A stretch of DNA of 64,000 nt from an uncultured virus (IMG/VR IMGVR_UViG_3300027974_001778). Its lineage: Duplodnaviria; Heunggongvirae; Uroviricota; Caudoviricetes. The notes below the pieces were generated by a model. It worked only from the letters and a program-made list of their open reading frames with translations. It ran no database searches and was not told where the DNA came from. This document shows, one piece after another, positions 10,138-19,563 of the stretch. The stretch covers positions 1 to 64,000 of the IMG/VR virus record IMGVR_UViG_3300027974_001778. One strand, written 5' to 3'. Both the position numbers and the translations under genes were made by a program. How positions within the stretch are numbered: the first letter of the stretch is position 1; each line of letters opens with the position of its first letter.

Positions 10138-13100
10138 TAGTTTAGTTTTGCTTTAGATATGTATGCACCTGTTGAATTTCCGTTAATATCATTCCAAGTG
10201 TTATTATTTGTATTTTGATTTGTTGTTGCTCCCAATCCTTTAATCATATTTTGTTGTGAGGTTTTAACTTGTGCGGCAGCTGTGTTTGCGATAGTATATG
10301 TAAATACTCTTTCTTTTTTATCAAACGGTGTGTATACCAAGAAGTTTTTTAACTTTGTTTTTTCCATATTTTCAATAAACGCCTTAGTTATATTATTCTC
10401 ACTTAAAAATATTGGTTTAGCAGTTTGTTGCCAATAAGCGTCAAACACCGCTTCAATATTATCTTGACCACCTTTAATGATAGATGCATTACCAATAATA
10501 TTACCTATTAAGGCCTTTTTAAATGTTTCATATTTTTTTTCATCAAGAACATCTTCAGACATAATCATATATTCTCTTCTAAATGAAAAATTATCAAATG
10601 ATAAGTTTGTACTAAAAGGTAAAAAAACTTGTTCAACCGTAACCTCTTTAGACACTCCATCATTTGTTTGGAAAACTAACTTGCCTTCATACTCAATTTT
10701 ATCATAAATAAACTTTGTATTTGACCATATTGCTTCATTAAACTCTCCAATGTTTATTTGTACTTTTTTAATATCCTGAATCAATTCTTGTAATGTATTT
10801 GTTACAGTAGAACTAGTTGCCACCTTAGTTGTACCTAAAGTTACATATACTTTAACATTACCTGTTTTACCTTGTAACCCATCAGTACCTGTATTAGGTA
10901 CACCATCAAAGGCTATAAGATTGACCCTACCTAAACTTTGAATGTAGCTTTGTTCTTCGGTTGTAAGTTCTTGTATTATTTTTGATACCGCATTTTGGAA
11001 AGAACTTCTTTTATTTTTAACAAAATTAAAATAGTTGTCTTGAACTGTTTTTGTTAACCTTGGTGAAAATCCTCTTACAGTATTATTTATAAATTGTATA
11101 AATGGTTCATTTCCGTCTGTGATATTTTTTTCAAACGTCCCAAATATTTCATTAAACCTTTTTTCAACATTGGATGGTTTACCAAATAAAACTACAGGTG
11201 CAGGATTTACAGTACTTCCATTAACATTAAGGTTTCCTTGGGTGTATGAACGTTGTAACATCCATTGTTGTCTTACCGCATTATTATATTGATTAACAGT
11301 TTCTTTTGTTTTATTAACTACTGTGGTAAAATATGTTTGAGTATCTGTAACAAATTTTGCCATAAAATCAGAATAACTCAGGGTACCTGTTTCGCCATCA
11401 TTATTAATTACGTTAGTAAGAATAGTTCCTACAGTTCCATTATTATTTTGTCCTGCATTTGGAACCGCTTGATTTAGTGCTGGTGCCGATACCGTATCCT
11501 GTTTCCAAAATTCCTCATCTAACACTTTTAAGAAATCTTCATTAGCTGTAACTGTAGACCTGTCGTCATAAATTTCAGTATTTGCATAATAGTTAAAACT
11601 TAAAGCATTTTGCAATCTATCAACCGATTCTTTTAATCCACTACCTCCAACAAAGTTGAATCCCATAGTTACGTTAGCAATCATTGGTTGTACACCAATG
11701 CCTTCAGGGTTAAGGTCTAATTCCTCATAAGTTAATCCTAATGATGTTGGAATAATTTTGGTATTATAAAAATCACCAATTCTTAATACTAATACTGGTG
11801 GAGCTCCAAATGCAGTGTTAACAGCATTATTATATTCTAACACAGGTGCCCCACTTGGAGTGTTCTTCTTAATTGTTGGTATTGTATTACCTGGTCTCAT
11901 ACACTGTTGTAAGAAAGTAAGTCTTGTATTTAAACCTTCAGGTGTTGTTGAGTGAAACGCTGGTTGGAAGAACTTTAACTTATCTTTCAAGTTATCATAC
12001 ACCATTGGTGTTTCCGTTTTAATTGTTTCAAAATAATCACACTCGGATAATAAATTTCTTAACACTCTTTTAGTGATATTATCTCTTCTGATACGTTGTT
12101 GAGTAACTTCTTCCGTTCTAACAGTAGTTGTTACAACATTTCCAACTAAAACCTGAGTATAGTTTGGTGGCGGTGGTGGTATTGGTTGTGACAAAGTGCT
12201 TTCTGTTTTTGAAATGTACGCCCTTCTACAAGCCATAGAAGGTATTGTATAAATGTCCTTTGAGCCTGATTGTGTGTCTCCTCCTTTGGCTTGAACATCT
12301 TTATCTGTACAATTATATGTGTCTCCCGCGGTTTTTACGTTTTCCAAAGTATGTGGGCTAACATCATTTTTTTGCTTTATTGTAGTTGCCTTTAATACTT
12401 GAGCTACGGGAATTGTAGTCTCCTCCCCCTTAGGATTTCCGTCTTTAATTAGTAATCTTTTGCCAAAAAATTTAATAGTATTTGGGTTTTCTGCAAAAAA
12501 TTTAGTAAGTGACTCGATTCTTCTTTTTGATAATTCTCTATTATAAGATATAGTTGCTGGCGCAGAACAACTAGAATCAATAACAATAGTAACTGTACCA
12601 TCAGGATATTGTTCAAATTGATTTTTTAAATCCTGAGCCATAGCCTTTAAAACATCATAATTTGGTGTTACAGTGTCACTAAAAAAAGTACCTAAATTGG
12701 CAGCACGTTGTCTATATATATTAATATTATTTTGGTTGGTATATCTCTTATACTCAACATCATAGTTTGGTGCAGTATTTGGTTTTGGATAATCGTTCTC
12801 AAAATACGCTCCAATATTTAAGTATTTATCAAAATATTCTTTACCTAAAGGATTAGATTGCGCAACAACTGTTGCACCTTTTGTTGGAGCGTCTTTACCT
12901 GTTTGAATAGTTTCTTTAATAAATTGAAGCTCCTCTTTTGTAGCCTCTTTGGAAGTTATAACATCTTGTAAGTAAGATAACTCTCCAGGAGGGATTGTAT
13001 AATATTTTTTAGCAAGTTCATATAGGTCATACTTTCTACAACCAGCAAAGAACGAATCTAAAATACCATCAATTCTAGCTTTATTAGTTTCATTGTTTAA

Positions 13101-15197
13101 TACTTTGTTAACAATAACATTTAACACAGAAGGATGGTCAACAACAATTTTCCATGTTAAACTTCCAGTTCTTGTTGTGTTTTTATATGTATATATAGGT
13201 TCAGGCCTTCCTAAGAAATCATGTCCATTCCAATTGGGAGTTACAGACTCACTAAAGGTTAATCCGTATGGAGGGAACCACATTACTCGTCCACCATTTG
13301 GACCTCTCTCACATACCGCTAAATCCGATACAGAGTTACCTGGAGCTCCTGTTCTCCAAGCTAAATTTTCCAATGAGAACATATATTTTTTTGCATAACC
13401 CGTATTACCCGCTCCTCCTATTATGTTAGTAGAGCTATGTCCTCCTTCCATTTTGTTTGGAGCAATGTTAAGGTTGTATGTATTGTCTAATACTGAATCG
13501 GAAAATCTTCTACCGTTAACCGTAATACCATCAACTTTTTGAAGGTCATTGTATTGTAAGTAAGGTATATCTTTGGCAAATACTCTACAGTATTCAGTTC
13601 CAACTTCTTGACCAATAGCACCTGTGTATTTATATACTCTTGAACCCTTAGTCATTTCTTTATATCCATCATGGAAAACTTTACTCACTTGGTCAATCGC
13701 ATTACCTACGTGTTGTAGTCTTCTACCTCCTTGAGGTTGGCTATCAATGATTCTTTGTGTTTGGTCTAATATTGAACCTTGTTTAAATGTTCTTTCTGTT
13801 GACTCGGTTGAATTGTATGATGATGGTTTAAAGTCTTGGTCTTCGTTAACAATCAATCCACCGATACCGACTGTTTTACCAGCATTACCTTTATACTTAG
13901 GAGATACCCATGTAAATCCACCTTCAATACCACCACCATTTGAATATGTAGGACCGTTGGCTCCTAATCTAATTTCTTTACTTGGTCCTTCATATAATTG
14001 AGCTAACTCAGATGGTCCATACACAGGAGATTGTTGTTCTTGTCCAAACGCATTTACAGGAACATCACCACCAGGTGAGAACACTCTTGATGGGTCAGAA
14101 GTTAAACTACCAATATAAAAGTTGCTATTATTAGTTAATGTACCCGTTAGAGCTCCACCTAATCTATCAATTAAAGTTCTTTCGTAATGTGGTTTGTATT
14201 TGTTAAAATCAATATTTTTAAATAAACGAGACTTTTGTCCTGCTCCCATGTTGTTATACATGATTTGAGAACCTGTTTGTCCACCACCTAATAACTTATT
14301 AAAGAACTTACCAACAGTACTTTGTTTAAATGCAAGTGATAACTGTTGGATAGTTGTTGGTTGACCTGGATTAACTGTTGGGTCAAAATAAGAACCTGGT
14401 ATTGTTGAAGTTGGTAATATACTTCCTCCTAATCTTAAAGCGAAATTAGCCGCCGCTAAGATTGGATTTGCATTTACCGTAATTGTATAGTTTGGTTCCA
14501 ATAAAGGAACGTTACCTGAAATGATATTAACTAAGTCGGTACCACTATTAACATTTAAAATATTAGCTCGTCCAATAGTATCTTGTCTAATCTGAGCGGC
14601 AATTCTTTGTTCAAAATCATGTCTAAGTGTTTGTGCTCCTAATTTGGCAATAAATGAATCTTGACTTAATGAGCCATTACTTCCACCAGGGTTTTGGGAA
14701 AGTAAGATTGATAAAGGACTATAGTTTGATGGTACAAACGTTGTTGGGTATGGTTGATTGTTGTAGTTGTTTGTTGTTTGAGGTTTGTCTAACGAACCAA
14801 AGAACTCAGCACTATCTAATTGTATTTGTCCACCGTTAGAGAATACGTTAAGTGGTTTCCACTTTTGTGATTCAGGTAATGATTGAGCAACAATGTTGGC
14901 ATCTTGAAATCCATACTCACCGTCATTTGACTTAGTATTCATTAACCCGCCTGGGTCAGGAACTTGTTTGTATCCACCTTCATTACCCCATTGGTTAAGA
15001 GGAAATAATTTGTTTGCAAAAGATGGCTCATCAATTAATTGGTCAGGACTATCTTGAACCGAAGTATCCGATTGAATGTATTCTGTATTAATAGGGAGCG
15101 TAGGTCTGTTAGGGGACTTAGCATAAGGTGTTAAGTTCCTAGTTATAAGTTTCTTTCTAAAACCATCCGAATTTATAAAATCTAAAGGACTTCCCAT
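10137..15197 (-). CDS. large baseplate/tail protein with an internal OmpA-like peptidoglycan-binding domain
   Basis: 1686 aa; YFENDYP...SSCSAPATISYNRELSKRRIES...GE...RRAYI; tube-initiator-like segments (FPPYGLTFSESVTPNW, PPVLVLRIGDFYNTKII). Confidence 0.65.
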   Translation of the reverse strand: MGSPLDFINSDGFRKKLITRNLTPYAKSPNRPTLPINTEYIQSDTSVQDSPDQLIDEPSFANKLFPLNQWGNEGGYKQVPDPGGLMNTKSNDGEYGFQDANIVAQSLPESQKWKPLNVFSNGGQIQLDSAEFFGSLDKPQTTNNYNNQPYPTTFVPSNYSPLSILLSQNPGGSNGSLSQDSFIAKLGAQTLRHDFEQRIAAQIRQDTIGRANILNVNSGTDLVNIISGNVPLLEPNYTITVNANPILAAANFALRLGGSILPTSTIPGSYFDPTVNPGQPTTIQQLSLAFKQSTVGKFFNKLLGGGQTGSQIMYNNMGAGQKSRLFKNIDFNKYKPHYERTLIDRLGGALTGTLTNNSNFYIGSLTSDPSRVFSPGGDVPVNAFGQEQQSPVYGPSELAQLYEGPSKEIRLGANGPTYSNGGGIEGGFTWVSPKYKGNAGKTVGIGGLIVNEDQDFKPSSYNSTESTERTFKQGSILDQTQRIIDSQPQGGRRLQHVGNAIDQVSKVFHDGYKEMTKGSRVYKYTGAIGQEVGTEYCRVFAKDIPYLQYNDLQKVDGITVNGRRFSDSVLDNTYNLNIAPNKMEGGHSSTNIIGGAGNTGYAKKYMFSLENLAWRTGAPGNSVSDLAVCERGPNGGRVMWFPPYGLTFSESVTPNWNGHDFLGRPEPIYTYKNTTRTGSLTWKIVVDHPSVLNVIVNKVLNNETNKARIDGILDSFFAGCRKYDLYELAKKYYTIPPGELSYLQDVITSKEATKEELQFIKETIQTGKDAPTKGATVVAQSNPLGKEYFDKYLNIGAYFENDYPKPNTAPNYDVEYKRYTNQNNINIYRQRAANLGTFFSDTVTPNYDVLKAMAQDLKNQFEQYPDGTVTIVIDSSCSAPATISYNRELSKRRIESLTKFFAENPNTIKFFGKRLLIKDGNPKGEETTIPVAQVLKATTIKQKNDVSPHTLENVKTAGDTYNCTDKDVQAKGGDTQSGSKDIYTIPSMACRRAYISKTESTLSQPIPPPPPNYTQVLVGNVVTTTVRTEEVTQQRIRRDNITKRVLRNLLSECDYFETIKTETPMVYDNLKDKLKFFQPAFHSTTPEGLNTRLTFLQQCMRPGNTIPTIKKNTPSGAPVLEYNNAVNTAFGAPPVLVLRIGDFYNTKIIPTSLGLTYEELDLNPEGIGVQPMIANVTMGFNFVGGSGLKESVDRLQNALSFNYYANTEIYDDRSTVTANEDFLKVLDEEFWKQDTVSAPALNQAVPNAGQNNNGTVGTILTNVINNDGETGTLSYSDFMAKFVTDTQTYFTTVVNKTKETVNQYNNAVRQQWMLQRSYTQGNLNVNGSTVNPAPVVLFGKPSNVEKRFNEIFGTFEKNITDGNEPFIQFINNTVRGFSPRLTKTVQDNYFNFVKNKRSSFQNAVSKIIQELTTEEQSYIQSLGRVNLIAFDGVPNTGTDGLQGKTGNVKVYVTLGTTKVATSSTVTNTLQELIQDIKKVQINIGEFNEAIWSNTKFIYDKIEYEGKLVFQTNDGVSKEVTVEQVFLPFSTNLSFDNFSFRREYMIMSEDVLDEKKYETFKKALIGNIIGNASIIKGGQDNIEAVFDAYWQQTAKPIFLSENNITKAFIENMEKTKLKNFLVYTPFDKKERVFTYTIANTAAAQVKTSQQNMIKGLGATTNQNTNNNTWNDINGNSTGAYISKAKLN

Positions 15198-15239
15198 TAA
15201 TATCTTTAATTAATAAATAGGTTAAGGACTATTTTTTGT

Positions 15240-17111
15240 TTATTGATTTCCTACCCTTGGAATATAATTACTTTTAAATGGTCCGTTTGGTGTGCTAACA
15301 TTGATAATATATTCTTTTGTTTCCGTACTATTCCATTTTTCAACCAACATTTTTGTAATCTCTTCTTTTTGAGATGAACTTAAATTTTCAGCACCTCCTT
15401 TAAAATCAACCGTTATGTTGAATGACCCTCCAACTTTAACCTCAGAAGAACTTTTACTTCCAAATGGCCCACCGTTACTACTAACAACATCTCTAACTTT
15501 AGATGAAGCGTTGGTTCCTTCAATTAAACTTGAAATTGGTCTGTTTCCATCACCAGTGTTTCTAGTTGTTTGAGTTTTAGTTTCACCTAACATTTGGTCG
15601 ATAAAACTTCTGGCGTTTATATCAATTGCATTTTTATCACCTAACTGTGAACGTGTTTCTTGTAATGTTTTTATAATATTTGCTTGAGCATCCTTACTTA
15701 AACCCTGTAATTGAACTCCAGCTTTAGTTAAATAATTTGATAACGCGTCTGTTGTTGAAACGTCTTTATTTGCAATATCTTTAAATAATGATTTTACGTC
15801 GTCAAAAGAATCGGTAAGTGTATCTCTAACTTTTTGTGGAGAACTAAAGTTTTTAGATAATGCTCCCGTTAAACTTGAAGATAATTTTCTAATAGCTTCT
15901 GAACCAGTTAAGACATCTTTTTGTGTTACCGCTCCCCCTAAAACTGCAGACTTAATTGCCGAAACATTACCAGCAATATCCGCGCTAATAGTCATTTGAG
16001 ATTTTGCAATCTCTTCCATTGTTTTAGGACCTTCTTTTTGTTCTTTAATTAACTTATCAAATTCGTCTTGAGTAAGTTCAGAAAGTTTTCTTGTTTCTAA
16101 TTCTCCTTTTTCATTTGTAAGTTTAACTTCATACTGTCCACCTTCACCCATTTTAGCAATGTTTGCCAAATATTGTTTGTCTTCTTCACTTCCAAGTTTA
16201 AGTCCTGCAGCGTTAATAGATGAAAGTCTTTGGTCTAATTCAGCCGCGGCTAGTCCCATTTTACTCATCTCTTTAGCACTAACACCAGTTTGTTGCTCCA
16301 TCTCTCTAAGAGTTAACACACCTTGTGGGTTAATCTTGAAAGTTTTTGTTTTTTCGTCAAAATAGGTAAATTGTTTTGCAACATCTGCCAAACTATTTTG
16401 AAGCCCTGATGGGTCATTGATAGATTGGTTCATTAATTGGAATGGGTCTGCAAGAGCTCCTGCACTAACGCCTAATCTTTGAAAAGCCGCGGCTACTTCA
16501 ATAGCACCTTCAGGATTTAATACTTTATCCGCAAGTCTAAACGTTTCCCCCATATCAAACCTCAACATTGAAGCTTGAGCCGCCATTTTGGTTAAACCTT
16601 GAACCCCTCCCTCAAATTGGTAACGATTCATTTGTTCCATGTTACTTCTAACGTCCGCCATCACTTGTTTGGTGTTTCCACCTATACTACGAACATAGTT
16701 AACTGAATCTTCTAATTGTTTACCAACTTGTTCAATTCCAACACCAACATTTAAAAATCCATCTGCAATTTCTTTAACACTTCCACCAATTACTTTAGTA
16801 CTGGCATATAACTTCTGAACATCTTCAGTATTTGCAACAACGTTTCTTCTTGAGGCTTCTGCAATTTGACCAATAGTTTCACCAACAGCACCTAAATCTC
16901 CACCTAATCTAACAACATTAGGAAGAGCATCTGTAAGAGCAACTTTAACTTCATTAATTCGTTCTCTACTCTGACCAAACGTATTATTAACTTCACGAGC
17001 AACCGAACCAACTCTTTCAAACGCGTCAACAAAATCGGCAGCATTTAAAGTTGCCGCATTTTTTATTTCATCTGCAATTTGTCCTGGGGTCTTTTGGGTT
17101 TCGTCTGCCAT
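15240..17111 (-). CDS. tape-measure-like protein
   Basis: 623 aa, helical Ala/Gln/Met-rich; canonical position after tube and chaperone genes. Confidence 0.65.
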   Translation of the reverse strand: MADETQKTPGQIADEIKNAATLNAADFVDAFERVGSVAREVNNTFGQSRERINEVKVALTDALPNVVRLGGDLGAVGETIGQIAEASRRNVVANTEDVQKLYASTKVIGGSVKEIADGFLNVGVGIEQVGKQLEDSVNYVRSIGGNTKQVMADVRSNMEQMNRYQFEGGVQGLTKMAAQASMLRFDMGETFRLADKVLNPEGAIEVAAAFQRLGVSAGALADPFQLMNQSINDPSGLQNSLADVAKQFTYFDEKTKTFKINPQGVLTLREMEQQTGVSAKEMSKMGLAAAELDQRLSSINAAGLKLGSEEDKQYLANIAKMGEGGQYEVKLTNEKGELETRKLSELTQDEFDKLIKEQKEGPKTMEEIAKSQMTISADIAGNVSAIKSAVLGGAVTQKDVLTGSEAIRKLSSSLTGALSKNFSSPQKVRDTLTDSFDDVKSLFKDIANKDVSTTDALSNYLTKAGVQLQGLSKDAQANIIKTLQETRSQLGDKNAIDINARSFIDQMLGETKTQTTRNTGDGNRPISSLIEGTNASSKVRDVVSSNGGPFGSKSSSEVKVGGSFNITVDFKGGAENLSSSQKEEITKMLVEKWNSTETKEYIINVSTPNGPFKSNYIPRVGNQ

Positions 17112-17142
17112 AATTTTATTCTGTTAGATATTATATAAATAC

Positions 17143-17168
17143 AAAAGGACTGATTTTTCAGTCCTTTT
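17143..17168. terminator. hairpin / bidirectional-type terminator
   Basis: aaaaggactga-tttt-tcagtcctttt perfect 11-bp stem overlapping the stop at 17158-17160. Confidence 0.75.
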
Positions 17169-17337
17169 TATTGTCTTCAATCCATTTATCTAATAAATAC
17201 TTTCTCATAAAGAGTGGCATAATTAGAAAATCTTGATACGATATGTTTAATAGTGTCGATAAATAGTAATACTCATCGAGCTGACTTTTCCTATAATCAG
17301 AAGAAAGGACGAAAAAAGTCCACCCCAAAACCGACAT
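17158..17337 (-). CDS. small chaperone-associated ORF (gp51/gpT-like), probably made as a frameshift extension of the upstream chaperone
   Basis: Not in the ORF track (59 aa). The +1 frame reads (MSVLGWTFF)VLSSDYRKSQLDEYYYLSTLLNISYQDFLIMPLFMRKYLLDKWIEDNKKD* and overlaps the chaperone end. Confidence 0.7.
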   Translation of the reverse strand: MSVLGWTFFVLSSDYRKSQLDEYYYLSTLLNISYQDFLIMPLFMRKYLLDKWIEDNKKD

Positions 17338-18040
17338 TAACTGTCAATCTATCTCCTGATGGGGTCATTACTACTCTTGTCATATCCAATCTTGGCTCAT
17401 TCTCACTCATAAAGTTTCTTATGAATTTTGAATCAGCAATTGGCATCTGCTCTATAAATTTGGCGATTTCGCCTTTATCGGTTGAACCGTTTGCTTCAAC
17501 AATTTCTTTTTGAAGTCTTAATGTAATCTTTGGGGCCACTCTACCTACAGGGTATGAATCAGCAATTCTTTGGTTTTCTAAAATTTCACCATAAGTCATT
17601 GGTTTTAACTTAACCGTTGTTTGTGATTTTGGTAAAGTTGTAATAAACGTACCATCTTCATTTGGTGTTTGTCCTTGTAAAATTGATAATTGTTCTAATG
17701 ATACAGTTGTCTTAAATGATTTTCTTGTTGTTGGGTCAGTTAATGTAACTTCCATTTCAGGACCAAACGCCGTGTTTCTTAAAAAGATTAAGATAGCTTC
17801 AACATCACCTTCTAACATCTCCTCAACTCGTAAGTCTGGTTCGTAAATTTTAGTTCTTAAAAGATTTGGTGTCATATCTTCACCACCAGCCATTAGTAAG
17901 TTTTCATCATTGGCAGTTAAATAACCGACTTTGACTGATTTCTTTTTGTTTTTGTAGAATATACCTTGAGATGGTAATGGCACCACGTCATGAGGAAGGG
18001 AGAAATTTGCCTGTCCGTATTCTTTTGATTGATTATCCAT
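17297..18040 (-). CDS. baseplate hub / tail assembly chaperone (T4 gp26-like)
   Basis: VPLPSQGIFY, YLTANDENLL, LIFLRNTAFG, C-terminal DFFRPFF; lies between tube and tape measure. Confidence 0.75.
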   Translation of the reverse strand: MDNQSKEYGQANFSLPHDVVPLPSQGIFYKNKKKSVKVGYLTANDENLLMAGGEDMTPNLLRTKIYEPDLRVEEMLEGDVEAILIFLRNTAFGPEMEVTLTDPTTRKSFKTTVSLEQLSILQGQTPNEDGTFITTLPKSQTTVKLKPMTYGEILENQRIADSYPVGRVAPKITLRLQKEIVEANGSTDKGEIAKFIEQMPIADSKFIRNFMSENEPRLDMTRVVMTPSGDRLTVNVGFGVDFFRPFF

Positions 18041-18048
18041 ATAAAAAA

Positions 18049-18080
18049 TTAACCGTAAAGTTTATGTGCTTTACGGTTAA
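18049..18080 (-). terminator. 12-bp hairpin (terminator or leader structure) 8 nt upstream of the chaperone ATG
   Basis: ttaaccgtaaag-N8-ctttacggttaa followed by TTTTTT on the minus strand. Confidence 0.65.
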
Positions 18081-18112
18081 ATATAATAGTTCTAAATTTT
18101 TTATAAATAGTA

Positions 18113-18601
18113 TTAGTAAACTAACACACATCTATCCATTCTTAAAGTTGCTGCGATTGTCGCTAAAGCATCTGTATTGTAGGCCAATGCGTTGAAGTTA
18201 ACATCTGTCAAGAATGTTCCATAAAGAATCCATTTCTCAACAACAACTCCTGTTGGGTCCAACATCTCAAGGTCAATATCTTTCTTATAACCTGCAGCGT
18301 ATCCCATACGGCCTGTTACTGATTCCGCATGTAAACGTACCCACTCCATAAGAGCTTGTGACGCAGATGGGCCAATTGGGTCTCTAAAGACTACGTTAAT
18401 TGTTTGCCAGTTGAATCTACCTGCAACATAAGTTGAGGTGTTCAAAAACGGAATTTCCGTTGCTGCGATTGTGATATGCGGTCTAGATGCAGATTCTACA
18501 AACCACTCATTAATTCCTAAACTCGATGGAAACCTTAAAATGAATCGGTTTTGACGTTTCGGTTCATAAGGAATCGGCATTTTCATCAGTAAATCAGCCA
18601 T
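18113..18601 (-). CDS. tail tube protein (gp19-like)
   Basis: YEPKRQNRFIL, YVAGRFNWQTI, GYKKDIDLEMLDPTGVVVEKWIL. Confidence 0.88.
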   Translation of the reverse strand: MADLLMKMPIPYEPKRQNRFILRFPSSLGINEWFVESASRPHITIAATEIPFLNTSTYVAGRFNWQTINVVFRDPIGPSASQALMEWVRLHAESVTGRMGYAAGYKKDIDLEMLDPTGVVVEKWILYGTFLTDVNFNALAYNTDALATIAATLRMDRCVLVY

Positions 18602-18696
18602 ATTATTTAAATTTTGTTTCTATGTTTATAACGATAAATATATCCTGTTTCAAAAATTTTTCTATTTACTTAAATTTTTAAAAATTGTATTCTTAA

Positions 18697-19524
18697 CTAG
18701 ACTTCTTTTTTAATGCCTCCAGTTGTAGAATATGTTCTTACTATATTATCTGGTTTATCTTTAAAATGTTTTTTCATTACTTCTATATTCTTTGGGTCAT
18801 CGTCTGAAAAGCCTATAGATGGTTCTTTAGGAATAAAGTTATTATTAACATCATTCTTTAAAAAAGCCTTTTTGTTTAATACTGCAGCCATTCCTTTAAT
18901 ATAACTTACAAAATCATCCATTGCACGGACCTTCGCCTCTTCAGGATTTTGGGCTCCTTTTTCATCACCAAAAGAAACGGGGTGGTACTTATTAAGTTCT
19001 AAATATGACTTGATTAGTTCATCATCACTCATTTCATCCTCATCAGTAAACGACCTATATTTTTTAAGATTTTTAAGAAGTTCTTCTTTATTTATCCCAT
19101 TATAATCATTTATGATGTAGTTATAAACGGCTTGCTTTAAAGTATTTGGATTATGTCCTCTTGCAGTAATAATTGAAAATATTGAACCATTATTAATTGC
19201 TTCTCTAAAATCATCAAATGCTGGTCCTTCTTTGGCTCTCATTGAGTCGATTAAAAAATCTTTGTCTCCCTCAGTTCTAAAGTTTCTAAATGGGTCGTTA
19301 GCAAAACCAACAATTTTCTCACCTTTATATTCAAAAGGTTCCTTACCTAAATGGTGTCTATGTTCCGCAAAGTCATCAGTTGACATACCTACTTCATCAC
19401 CGTCTTCTGTTTTAACAATGATTTTTGTTGGCATGTGTACAATATTATCGTCCCAATCAAATGCATAATATTTCATGTCTGGTGAACCCTTATCCTTAAA
19501 CCCCTCTATTAATTTTTCTCTCAT
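18697..19524 (-). CDS. HAD-superfamily phosphatase
   Basis: HAD motifs FDWDDNI, IITARG, K, FSDDD. Confidence 0.7.
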   Translation of the reverse strand: MREKLIEGFKDKGSPDMKYYAFDWDDNIVHMPTKIIVKTEDGDEVGMSTDDFAEHRHHLGKEPFEYKGEKIVGFANDPFRNFRTEGDKDFLIDSMRAKEGPAFDDFREAINNGSIFSIITARGHNPNTLKQAVYNYIINDYNGINKEELLKNLKKYRSFTDEDEMSDDELIKSYLELNKYHPVSFGDEKGAQNPEEAKVRAMDDFVSYIKGMAAVLNKKAFLKNDVNNNFIPKEPSIGFSDDDPKNIEVMKKHFKDKPDNIVRTYSTTGGIKKEV

Positions 19525-19533
19525 TTGGCTAAA

Positions 19534-19553
19534 GGGGGGATTTAACTCCCCCC
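19534..19553 (-). terminator. GC-rich hairpin after the sheath gene (weak terminator or mRNA stabiliser)
   Basis: gggggga-tttaac-tcccccc; only TTT follows on the minus strand. Confidence 0.6.
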
Positions 19554-19563
19554 ATAATTTTTA

